Shown here piece by piece: positions 1 through 12,400 of a DNA stretch of 64,000 nucleotides. Source of the DNA: Nemertoderma westbladi (taxonomy: Eukaryota > Animalia > Xenacoelomorpha); the NCBI GenBank assembly GCA_032718475.1, contig JAUCBJ010001213.1, positions 10,439 to 74,438 of the forward strand. The letters run 5' to 3'. The position numbers and the translations under genes are program-made. The notes under the pieces are model-generated. The model was not told the DNA's origin. It saw only the letters and a program-made list of their open reading frames with translations, and ran no database searches. How positions within the stretch are numbered: position 1 is the first letter of the stretch; each line of letters opens with the position of its first letter.

Positions 1-1
1 T

Positions 2-541
2 CTTTCATACAGAAATACGCCATGTCGCCGCGATGGCCTATCCCCTGCTATGAAACTGTACGGCCGACCAATTCAGGATCGCCTACCAGCTCACCGTTCT
101 TCCTTCGACCCAAAGTGGATAAAACAACATCGTACAATTGATGAACGAACAACAAATACACAGATGAAGGCTAAAGCATACTTCGACATACATACACGGC
201 CCAATGACTCATTCAAAATAGGGGCAAATGTTTTAATATGGAATATGATAACCCGTCGGTGGAACTTATCTGGTAGCGTTATAGAGGTAATAAACCCACG
301 TAAATACGTTGTTCGAACTACCAGCGGGCGTGTTCTAACACGCAATAGAAAACATCTACATCGCCAACAAATAATATCTGCTCCCATTCCGGTGAACGTC
401 AAACCGCACGTAGATCACTCGGAAAATCCACAACCGATGAACACTATGGGAAAACCAATACATTCTACAACATGTCCACCTCTGCGTAGAAGTTCTAGAC
501 AAGTTCAAAGACCAATACGCTTAATAGAGGAGATGGAATAA
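2..541 (+). CDS. Ty3/Gypsy LTR-retrotransposon pol, C-terminal part of integrase (5'-partial, runs off window start)
   Basis: Frame is open from base 2: LSYRNTPCRRDGLSPAMKLYGRPIQDRLP matches the Gypsy integrase YRNTP..G.SPA..L.GR motif. It continues through a C-terminal W...G.V.....PR.Y.V....G....RNRKHL segment and PLRRS.R, then stop at 541. Confidence 0.85.
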   Translation, partial: LSYRNTPCRRDGLSPAMKLYGRPIQDRLPAHRSSFDPKWIKQHRTIDERTTNTQMKAKAYFDIHTRPNDSFKIGANVLIWNMITRRWNLSGSVIEVINPRKYVVRTTSGRVLTRNRKHLHRQQIISAPIPVNVKPHVDHSENPQPMNTMGKPIHSTTCPPLRRSSRQVQRPIRLIEEME

Positions 542-593
542 AAACTGTTTTCATTCTAAACCTGAATCAATAACTGAACAATACACCGATTCA

Positions 594-813
594 GGCTGGG
601 GGAGGTGTAGGATAGTGATCATTATCAGTATCAACTGTATGTACATATAAATGTAAACCTATATAAGTAACAAGGGAGATTATTATTCTAGAACTGAGAT
701 GAAAGAACATACTCAACATAGCTACAGTATACGAATATCTTGTATTCTAATATTTATATAATTAAAGTAATACATGAAAATATACTCAATGTCACTTCTT
801 TCATTATCATACA
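594..813 (+). mobile_element. Polypurine tract (594-605) and 3' LTR (606-813, 208 bp) of the Gypsy element
   Basis: GGCTGGGGGAGG is immediately followed by TGTAGGATAGTG (606). The segment ends CATTATCATACA (813), whose reverse complement TGTATGATAATG matches the start at 10/12, giving TG...CA termini. A different repeat begins at 814. Confidence 0.75.
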
Positions 814-1270
814 TTGGTAAACACAAAATATCGCAAAGATCGCGAAGATCGCGACGTTTGCGAAGCTCCACCTATAGTATTGGTAAACACAAAATATTGT
901 GACGTTTACACAGCTCCAGCGCTACCTTAAATATTGTTAATACAAAATATCGCGAACATTGCGACGTTTGCGAAGCTCCACCTATAGTATTGGTAAACAC
1001 AAAATATCGCGAAGATCTCGACGTTTGCGAAGCTATACCTATATATAGTATTGGTAAACACAAAATATTGTGACGTTTACACAGCTCCAGCGCTACCTTA
1101 AATATTGTTAATACAAAATATCGCGAACATTGCGACGTTTGCGAAGCTCCACCTATAGTATTGTTAAATACAAAATATCGTGAAGATCGCGACGTTTGCG
1201 AAATTTTGCGATTTTCGTAATCTTCGCAAAAATCGCGACGTTTGCGAAGATTGCGAAAATCGCGAAGAAT
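814..1270. repeat. Degenerate CpG-rich tandem repeat (~55-bp units, TTGGTAAACACAAAATATCGCGAAGATCGCGACGTTTGCGAAGCTCCACCTATAGTA) with a ~170-bp higher-order duplication
   Basis: 880-990 is nearly identical to 1051-1162; the GCGACGTTTGCGAA core recurs to about 1270. Confidence 0.75.
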
Positions 1271-1450
1271 TGTTCAAAATCGTTGCCCTAATGGGGGTGG
1301 GGCTATTGATGCGATGCAATCCTATCTCTCTTTCCACATAGAAGCAAATACCAGGACCAGCTATACCTGTACCTATAGTCCACTCCACTATACCAGATAG
1401 TACAAATGTAGTATCCAAGCTGGTAGACTATATGAAACTACTTACTTTGG

Positions 1451-4400
1451 TGTAGCTATTATTGCATATATACCTTTAGTTGTAGCTATTATTGCATATA
1501 CCTTTAGTTGTAGCTATTATTGCATATATATATATACCTTTAGTTGTAGCTATTATTGCATATATATATATACCTTTAGTTGTAGCTATTATTGCATATA
1601 TACCTTTAGTTGTAGCTATTATTGCATATATACCTTTAGTTGTAGCTATTATTACATATATATATACCTTTAGTTGTAGCTATTACTGCATATATATATA
1701 CCTTTAGTTGTAGCTATTATTGCATATAAACCTTTAGTTGTAGTTATTATTGCATATATATATACCTTTAGTTGTAGCTATTATTGCATATATATATACC
1801 TTTAGTTGTAGCTATTATTGCATATATATATACCTTTAGTTGTAGCTATTATTGCATATATACCTTTAGTTGTAGCTATTATTGCATATATACCTTTAGT
1901 TGTAGCTATTATTGCATATATATACCTTTAGTTGTAGCTATTATTGCATATATACCTTTAGTTGTAGCTATTATTGTATATATATATACCTTTAGTTGTA
2001 GCTATTATTGCATATATACCTTTAGTTTTAGCTATTATTGCATATATACCTTTAGTTGTAGCTATTATTGCATATATACCTTTAGTTGTAGCTATTATTG
2101 CATATATATACCTTTAGTTGTAGCTATTATTGCATATATACCTTTAGTTGTAGCTATTATTGCATATATATATACCTTTAGTTGTAGCTATTATTGCATA
2201 TATACCTTTAGTTTTAGCTATTATTGCATATATACCTTTAGTTGTAGCTATTATTGCATATATATATACCTTTAGTTGTAGCTATTATTGCATATATATA
2301 TACATTTAGTTGTAGCTATTATTGCATATATACCTTTAGTTGTAGCTATTATTGCATATATATATATACCTTTAGTTGTAGCTATTATTGCATATATACC
2401 TTTAGTTGTAGCTATTATTGTATATATATATATATACCTTTAGTTGTAGCTATTATTGTATATATATATACCTTTAGTTGTAGCTATTATTGCATATATA
2501 CCTTTAGTTTTAGCTATTATTGCATATATACCTTTAGTTGTAGCTATTATTGCATATATATATACCTTTAGTTGTAGCTATTATTGCATATATATATACA
2601 TTTAGTTGTAGCTATTATTGCATATATACCTTTAGTTGTAGCTATTATTGCATATATATACCTTTAGTTGTAGCTATTATTGCATATATACCTTTAGTTG
2701 TAGCTATTATTCCATATATATACCTTTAGTTGTAGCTATTATTGCATATAAACCTTTAGTTGTAGCTATTTTTGCATATATATATACCTTTAGTTGTAGC
2801 TATTATTGCATATATATATACCTTTAGTTGAAGCTATTATTGCATATATACCTTTAGTTGTAGCTATTATTGCATATATACCTTTAGTTGTAGCTATTAT
2901 TGCATATATACATTTAGTTGTAGCTATTATTTCATATATACCTTTAGTTGTAGCTATTATTTCATATATACCTTTAGTTGTAGCTATTATTGCATATATA
3001 TACCTTTAGTTGTAGCTATTATTGCATATATACCTTTAGTTGTAGCTATTTTTGCATATATACCTTTAGTTGTTGCTATTATTGCGTATATACCTTTAGT
3101 TGTAGCTATTATTGCATATATATATACCTTTAGTTGTAGCTATTATTGCATATATATATATACACCTTTAGTTGTAGCTATTATTGCATATAAATACCTT
3201 TAGTTTTAGCTATTATTGCATATATACCTTTAGTTGTAGCTATTATTGCATATATACCTTTAGTCGTAGCTATTATTGCATATATACCTTTAGTTGTAGC
3301 TATTATTGCATATATACCTTTAGTTGTAGCTATTATTGCATATATACCTTTAGTTGTAGCTATTATTGCATATATACCTTTAGTTTTAGCTATTATTGCA
3401 TATATATATATACTGTATATATATATATATACCTTTAGTTGTAGCTATTATTGCATATATACATTTAGTTGTAGCTATTATTGCATATATACCTTTAGTT
3501 GTAGCTATTATTGCATATATACCTTTAGTTGTAGCTATTATTGCATATATACCTTTAGTTGTAGCTATTATTGCATATATACCTTTAGTTTTAGCTATTA
3601 TTGCATATATATATATACTGTATATATATATATATACCTTTAGTTGTAGCTATTATTGCATATATACCTTTAGTTGTAGCTATTATTGCATATATACCTT
3701 TAGTTGTAGCTATTATTGCATATATACCTTTAGTTTTAGCTATTATTGCATATATATATATACTGTATATATATATATATATACCTTTAGTTGTAGCTAT
3801 TATTGCATATATACATTTAGTTGTAGCTATTATTGCATATATACCTTTAGTTGTAGCTATTATTGCATATATACCTTTAGTTGTAGCTATTATTGCATAT
3901 ATACCTTTAGTTGTAGCTATTATTGCATATATACCTTTAGTTGTAGCTATTATTGCATATATACCTTTAGTTTTAGCTATTATTGCATATATACCTTTAG
4001 TTGTAGCTATTATTGCATATATACCTTTAGTTGTAGCTATTATTGCATATATACCTTTAGTTTTAGCTATTATTGCATATATATATATACTGTATATATA
4101 TATATATATACCTTTAGTTGTAGCTATTATTGCATATATACATTTAGTTGTAGCTATTATTGCATATATACCTTTAGTTGTAGCTATTATTGCATATATA
4201 CCTTTAGTTGTAGCTATTATTGCATATATATATACCTTTAGTTGTAGCTATTATTGCATATATACCTTTAGTTGTAGCTATTATTGCATATATACCTTTA
4301 GTTGTAGCTATTATTGCATATATACCTTTAGTTGTAGCTATTATTGCATATATACCTTTAGTTGTAGCTATTATTGCATATATACCTTTAGTTGTAGCTA

Positions 4401-5572
4401 TTATTGCATATATACCTTTAGTTTTAGCTATTATTGCATATATATATATACTGTATATATATATATATATACCTTTAGTTGTAGCTATTATTGCATATAT
4501 ACATTTAGTTGTAGCTATTATTGCATATATACCTTTAGTTGTAGCTATTATTGCATATATACCTTTAGTTGTAGCTATTATTGCATATATACCTTTAGTT
4601 GTAGCTATTATTGCATATATACCTTTAGTTGTAGCTATTATTGCATATATACCTTTAGTTGTAGCTATTATTGCATATATACCTTTAGTTGTAGCTATTA
4701 TTGCATATATACCTTTAGTTTTAGCTATTATTGCATATATACCTTTAGTTGTAGCTATTATTGCATATATACCTTTAGTTGTAGCTATTATTGCATATAT
4801 ACCTTTAGTTTTAGCTATTATTGCATATATATATATACTGTATATATATATATATATACCTTTAGTTGTAGCTATTATTGCATATATACCTTTAGTTGTA
4901 GCTATTATTGCATATATACCTTTAGTTGTAGCTATTATTGCATATATACCTTTAGTTGTAGCTATTATTGCATATATACCTTTAGTTTTAGCTATTATTG
5001 CATATATACCTTTAGTTGTAGCTATTATTGCATATATACCTTTAGTTGTAGCTATTATTGCATATATACCTTTAGTTTTAGCTATTATTGCATATATATA
5101 TATACTGTATATATATATATATATACCTTTAGTTGTAGCTATTATTGCATATATACATTTAGTTGTAGCTATTATTGCATATATACCTTTAGTTGTAGCT
5201 ATTATTGCATATATACCTTTAGTTGTAGCTATTATTGCATATATACCTTTAGTTGTAGCTATTATTGCATATATACCTTTAGTTGTAGCTATTATTGCAT
5301 ATATACCTTTAGTTGTAGCTATTATTGCATATATACCTTTAGTTTTAGCTATTATTGCATATATATATATACTGTATATATATATATATATACCTTTAGT
5401 TGTAGCTATTATTGCATATATACATTTAGTTGTAGCTATTATTGCATATATACCTTTAGTTGTAGCTATTATTGCATATATACCTTTAGTTGTAGCTATT
5501 ATTGCATATATACCTTTAGTTGTAGCTATTATTGCATATATATATACCTTTAGTTGTAGCTATTATTGCATA
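1451..5572. repeat. 30-bp minisatellite (TACCTTTAGTTGTAGCTATTATTGCATATA) with variable (TA)n, about 4.1 kb
   Basis: Direct reading. Landmark variants (GTTTTAGC...TATACTGTATATA, ACATTTAG) recur as higher-order blocks from about 3400. Confidence 0.97.
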
Positions 5573-5608
5573 CTTTGGCCTTATCTACCTTATCTTCTTC
5601 TCTATAAT
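5548..5608 (-). other. Candidate 61-nt exon of an unannotated minus-strand spliced transcript divergent from ITPR
   Basis: On the minus strand there is a donor GTAAGTGAGT at 5800, an acceptor TTTCTTACTCTGCCAG ending at 5609, and a donor AAAG|GTATAT at 5547. No convincing ORF. Motif-based inference only. Confidence 0.3.
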
Positions 5609-6491
5609 CTGGCAGAGTAAGAAATTATTATTTCCAGTTAATTATTATTGAATTCCTGGGATTCTCTCTATCTATGAACATTAAAAGACAAGGCAAAGTG
5701 CCAAAGTTTCAAATAACTGTTGGTTATTTGCAGTGCTTATTACAACTATAAGTGCCGTTAATGTAGAATTGGCATTCAGTAATTATTGCTACTCACTTAC
5801 AATGATAATGTAATTAACTACCAAATGGTGTTTGTTCGTTTGCTAGCTTGTGGTAGACAAATTCTATTGGCTTTTTAACTGCATATTATCGAGGTCAGCC
5901 CATATATATTTGGCAAACGCAAGGAAAACTAGAATAATTACTGGAAACAATTATTGCGTTTGTCGGTCGGTACCTTTAATAGTTAATTTATATATAACTC
6001 GGTGCAGAGGAAAATCTAAATTATTCGGAATCTGTTCGTGTGCTATTAAATTAGTGATTAATAATTTATTCAAATATAATTTATGGGCCTAGGGTAATCT
6101 ATATCAAATCGACATATTTTTCCCGGTTCCAGTACAGTTATTCTATATGATATTGTATTTTATATAATGCATTGCATTACTTTATTTGGGTTTAAAGGTC
6201 AAAATCTCCCACATATTATTGACGGAAACTGCCTGTGTTGTTATTGAGGCTAGTTTCCATGTCAACATATATTTAATAATTCATCACCTTTCTGTCTCAC
6301 CCGCTATACCAGCTGACACACTTCTTTAATATTTATTTATATATAGTTATTTTAGGCTATTGATTAAATACTTTATAACTTGCTACTCGGGAATACAATG
6401 GGACTGCTTTCACATAAACTCTTCAAACTGTGATCATTTGATATGATGTTATTAAATTCTAATATTGTTAATTGAATTAGCTCCATCGATA

Positions 6492-9400
6492 ATGACTTCA
6501 GAAGAGGGTTCACATCTCCATATAGGGGACATTGTCTCTTTATACGCTGAGGGTAGTGTCTCTGGGTTCCTAAGTACTCTCGGTTTAGTAGATGATCGTT
6601 GTGTGGTGCGGCCAGAAGCAGGTGACCTCACAACACCGCCAGGAAAGTTCAGAGACTGTCTCTTTCTGATCTGCCCAATGAACCGGTACTCCGCTCAGAA
6701 ACAGTTCTGGAAGGCATTAAAGCCAATCTTGAACACTTCAACAGACCCTGTACTTCTCAATAAATTGCAACATGCTGCAGAACTGGAAAAGAAACAGAAT
6801 GACTCTGATGGTAAGAAGATGATGGGTAGTGAGGTGGTCTATGGCAGCTGTGTGCAACTCCAACATGTCAAAAGTAACAAGTTTCTTACTGTCAATAAGC
6901 GGCTCCCTGCTCTACTAGAAAAAACTGCGATGCGGGTATATCTGGACATCCATGGCAATGAAGGTTCATGGTTTAATATACAGCCTCACTATAAGTTACG
7001 CTCCTCTGGTGACCCAATAGTCCTAGGAGATAAAGTCACATTAAACCCAGTACATGCTAGCCAACCACTCCATTCATCTACTTATGAATTAGCTGATGAA
7101 GACGAGAAGGGTTGCTATGAGGTGAATGCACTCAACTCTAATACATGCTGGAAGATTAATTTATTTTTGGAATATAAGGAGAATTCAGAAGAAATTCTTA
7201 AAGGAGGTGATGTATTACGTCTGTTTCATGCTGAACAGGAGAAGTTTTTGACGTTAGATGATTATGGAAAGTCCCCTTGTGTGTTTCTCAGAGTAACAGC
7301 AAGAGCTTCAGCAACATCTGCGACCAGTAGTAAGGCATTATGGGAAGTCGAGGTGGTACAACAAAATCCCCTGCGAGGAGGAGCTGGTCATTGGAACAGC
7401 TTCTACAGGTTCAAGCACCTTGCCACTGGTCTCTATCTTGCTGCTGGAGAAGATAAACACCACTTAAAGGATCCAATCAGAATAAAGCTGAGAGGTAATG
7501 AAATGGAAAATCTGCCTGTATATTACCTTATGGCAGTATCCACAACAAATGATCTTTCCAGTATATTTGAATTGGATCCCACAACTTCACAAAGAGGTGA
7601 TGCTTTGGTCCCTCGGTCATCTTTTGTACGGTTACGACATCTTTACTCAGAAGCATGGGTTCATTCTATGCAATCAGCTATTGATTGTACTGATGATAAA
7701 CCTGAACGATTAAAAGTTGGAGCTGCATCTGTTAAGGAAGATAAAGAAGCATTTGCATTAGTTCATGTTGCTCCCAGCGAGGTCCGGGATTTAGATTTTG
7801 CGAATGATGCTAGTAAGGTGTTAGGAAATACAGCTAATGCCCTTGAGAAGGTATTATTAAGTCAGAATCAGAAGCGTATTACATTACAATTGCTTTCTGA
7901 TTTGGTGTACTTTGTAGCAGGTGCTACAAATCGTGGTGTTGATCCACTAAACGTTGTCATGGGAGATGAACCTGACCGGGAAAGGCAAAAGTTAATGAGG
8001 GAGCAGAACATTTTAAAGCAAATATTTCGTCTTTTACAAGCTCCATTCCAAACCACACGCAATACTTCATCACCAATGAAAAATATGTCGGAACTAACTG
8101 ATAAAAGGCATTCCCAATTGCGTTCCATATTCCGTTTATGTTATAGAGTCTTGAGATTGTCTCAACATGACTATCGCAAGAATCAAGAATATATAGCTAA
8201 AAGTTTTGGTTTTATGCAAAAACAGATTGGTTTAGATATTCTGGCAGAGGATACCATTACAGCATTACTTCATAACAACAGAAAATTACTTGAGAAACAT
8301 ATAACTTCGACTGAAATTGAAACATTTGTCAATTTAGTAAGAAAAAGACAAGAAGCCAGATTCCTGAAGTATTTATCCGATCTTTGTGTATCTAACAATC
8401 AAGCCATAGCAGTAACGCAAGAACTGATATGTCAAATTGTGCTGCACCCAAAGAATAGTGACCTTCTTATTGAAACAAAACTGACACGTTTTAATGACAA
8501 TGATAAAGTTACTGATGACAAGACTATTAAGGAATACCCAGAGCCAGATGAGGCTGCTGATATTAATTCTGAAGATGAGGATTGGTATGAGGAAGTTGTA
8601 CTCTATTGGGATCGTCAGTATGCAGGAAAGGATAATTTAGAACAACCAATCCGAGATATGGCCATGGATGCCCTTTCTGGAGATAACGCAGCTATAGAAT
8701 ACTTAGAGTATTATAAGAACCAGCTAAATTTATTTGCACAGATGTGTCTGGACAGACAGTACATTGCTATTGAATACATTGCGAAAAATCTTGGGCTAAA
8801 TATTAATATAATTCTTGCATGTATGAGTGATGACGATCTCCCATATGATCTCCGTGCTTCATTCTGCCGCCTCATGCTCCATTGCCATGTTGATTGTCAA
8901 CCACAAGAACCAGTAATACCCTTTAGATTTGCCCGGCTCTGGTCAGAGATACCCAGCCGTAGTAGTGTCCAATTGTATGGTGAGTTGGAGGGGGTGCGCC
9001 ACAAGTCTAAGGAAAAAATTATTCCAAAATTTTTTGATACTATGCAAGATGTTGAGGGATATCTGTGCAACCTCGCTGCAAATAGCAGATCCGCATTTAG
9101 TGACAAGGAACAGAATAAATTCACATATGAGGTTGTAGTTCTTGCTCGCAATCTTGTTTACTTTGGATTTTTTGGATTTCCAGATTTGCTCCGTCTAACA
9201 AAAACTCTTCTTTGCATTCTTGATTCAACTCAAACACTTCCTCCTGGAGAGTCACATAACCGTACTGACATTGTCACCAATACTCTGAGTAGTGTGGCAC
9301 ATTCTGTCAAGACTGTTGGAGATGTTGCTTCTGGAGTGGTACTTGGTTCAACACATAAGTATAATAACACTCTTCCATCTTCCTTGCCATCTGCAGACAC

Positions 9401-12400
9401 ATCCAACCCAAAGGGTTCAGGTACCTTTTTAACGCCTGGTGCACTTGAGGCCCAGAAAAGTGATGAACTTGTAATGAAAACGAAACTTAAAATAATTGAA
9501 ATCCTTAGATTCATTCTAGATGTTCGCCTTGACTTCCATGTTTCATCAATACTTTCACTTTTTAAACGCGAATTTACTGTATCTCAGGAGATTTCTAGTC
9601 AATTTAGTGTTAACAATGTCATGGTAAAATTTATTGAATCTGTATTTGAAAGCAAATCAAACGAGGATGATTTAGATTTGGACGGTGAAGGTGGTAATAA
9701 GTTTCTAAGAGTTATCCTTGATTTGATAATGCATAACTACCCACCCCTCACATCTGCTGCTTTAGATCTCTTGTTTCGACATTTCAGTCAACGACAGGAG
9801 GTTATCAATTCATTGTCTCTGGTCCAGCTACTTGTTTCAAGTGAAGATGTTGAGAACTATAAAACGATTACTACTGATTTAGAGGCATTGAGAACATTAG
9901 TGGAAACATCAGAGCTTTGGGTTTTCAAATCTCAGAAAAAAGAAAACAATGATAAGAATAAAAAATCAAAGCAAATCTCGAATCATAATGAAGTCGATTA
10001 TATGGAATTACTAATGAATAACTCACCAATTGATTTAAATTTGGGGCCATCAGTGAGTGAGGATTTTGTCAATAAATATAACACACTTAAACGTATACTA
10101 CTTGATTTTACTAAGTTATGCACATACACTGATTCAGATGGAAAATTGCGCAATAAGCCGCATGAACAAAGGTTGTTGAGCAACATGGGAGCGCTATCAG
10201 TTGTACTTGAGCTACTCTCCATTCCTTATGAAAAGAAAGAAGACCTTAGAATGAATGAAATAATGAAGCTTGCACATAAATTCCTTCAATCATTTTGTTT
10301 TGGTAACCCTTTTAACCAAGCACAATTGTTCAAAACTATTGATATATTTTTATCACCAAGTGATAACAGATTCACTTCTCTTTTGGAGGCTGCTACAATG
10401 AGATACATTTTTCTCAACAATGCTAATCTTTGTGTAGAAATTAATGAAAAGATAGTCCAGCATTTTATCACAGCTATTGAAACATATGGACGCCATGTAG
10501 CATATCTAGATTTTTTCCATACAATTGTAAAAGCTGGTTCTCAGTGGATAAAGAAATGTCAGGATTTAGTGATGGCAGAGCTGAGTAATTGTGGAGAAGA
10601 TGTTATGCTTTTCTACAATGAACGCAATACCTTCCCTGATCTGGTTAAACTTATGAGCTGTCATACAAACAGAGTAACTGAAGATAACCCATTGCAGTAT
10701 CACATTAAGCTGGTTAAATTATTATCATTGTGTACTGAAGGAAAGAATGTGTACACTGAAATAAAATGCCATTCCTTGCTTCCTTTGGATGATATAGTAA
10801 ATATTGTCACACACAATGATTGCACACCTGAAGTCAAAGAGGCATACATGGACTTCCTAAATCATGCCTATATTGATACCGATATTGAAATGAAAGAAAT
10901 TTATACCTCAAATCATATTTTTACACTGTTTGAAAACTTTATGACTGATATGAGGCTTGTATGTAATCAAACAACAGATAATAAGTATAGTGATAAAGCA
11001 CTTCAGCGTTACATTTCAGTAACAGTCCCTGATGTCATTACATCTTTCATCAGCAGTGCATTTTCTATACAATCTACATCGATGAATCTCAAACATAATA
11101 TATTTGTGGATCTCTTATCCTCATTGTATCTGTTAGCTACCGCCCCACAACTTAGTGTTGATCAGTTAAATTATGTCGACAACTGCGTCAAAGTTTATCA
11201 TGCCAAATTAAGGGATAGAGGAGTGCCTTTGCCTGCAGAACTTGACAAACTTGTTATTACACATATAAAAAAAGGACTAACTGTTCACGACAAAGCTGGC
11301 ACATGGCTTAGAAAAGTATCTTTTAGAAAAAAAGTTCCATCTGTGTCTATAATTCACAGTGAAGAAAAGGATATTATTGATGGTATGCAGTATATAGTTG
11401 AGTTGGTGTGCAAGATTCTCAACCCATTAGTGAAAGCAGAAATATCTGTCCTTGTTGATGTTATGCTGAAGCCAGAGCTTCTTTTTCCAGAGCAGTCACC
11501 CGAATATGAGAAGTGTCTTAATGGAGGGTTAACAGCTAAACTCATTAGTCACTGTGAATATCTAATGAACCAAAAAGATGAAAAAACTGGGAGCAAAGTT
11601 TTACATTGCCTGCGGGATATGATGGCTGTTAATATAAACTTTGATGATCGATGTGATAAGCTCCGTGGTTCCTTGTTAGACAAATATTTTGGTCCACTTC
11701 GTACTAAAACTAAACGTGGAGCAATTACACAAGCTCAAGTGCCAAGTAGCAATGGAGGACCTGGTAATGGTAATAAAAGATCAAATGATGCATTGGTTCC
11801 TGATAGTCCAGGAAGTTTACAAATTAGTCGAGCAGATGCCACTCTTTACCAGGTTCAGTGTTCATTAAATAATGATGGAGCCACAAAGTTAGTTACCAAT
11901 CTGGTAATAAACTCAACAAGTCTACAAGTTTTTGTTCAAGCCATTGAACTTGGAATAGCTTTGCTTGAAGGTGGTAATGGTGTAACACAGGCCTCATTTT
12001 TGGACTATTTTCAAACTGATAGTAATGCTGAACTATTTTTTAAGGTTGTCTATGGAAAGATCGAAGCTGCAGAAACAGAACTTAAAGCTAGTGGTAATGT
12101 GGGAGCATCATCAGAAGAAGAATATCTCAGGGAGAAAGAGATAGCTAAAGGAAAAGAAGATCAGTTAAAACAACCAACAAATATTGATGTTAATGTTAAA
12201 GATGTTGTTGCTGATCCAGGCGATTTGAATGAAGTCGGCTCTGCAAAACAAGATAGTATATCAATAGTAGCAAATGAAGATGTGCCAGAACAATCTGTTG
12301 GCTACATTATCAGCGTTATGCAACCAATTCTGAGGTTCTTGCAGCTGCTCTGTGAGAACCATAACCTAGCTCTCCAAAATTTTTTACGAAATCAGAATGG

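Noticed and set aside
1492-5620. Long ORFs (IPLVVAIIAY / TFSCSYYCIY repeats)
   Set aside because: Stop-free frames of a 30-bp satellite; they shift frame with each (TA)n length change and have no unique coding context.
6465-6491. ORF-track TTG start for ITPR
   Set aside because: Eukaryotic gene; the ATG at 6492 (ATAATGA, A at -3) aligns with the usual ITPR N-terminus.
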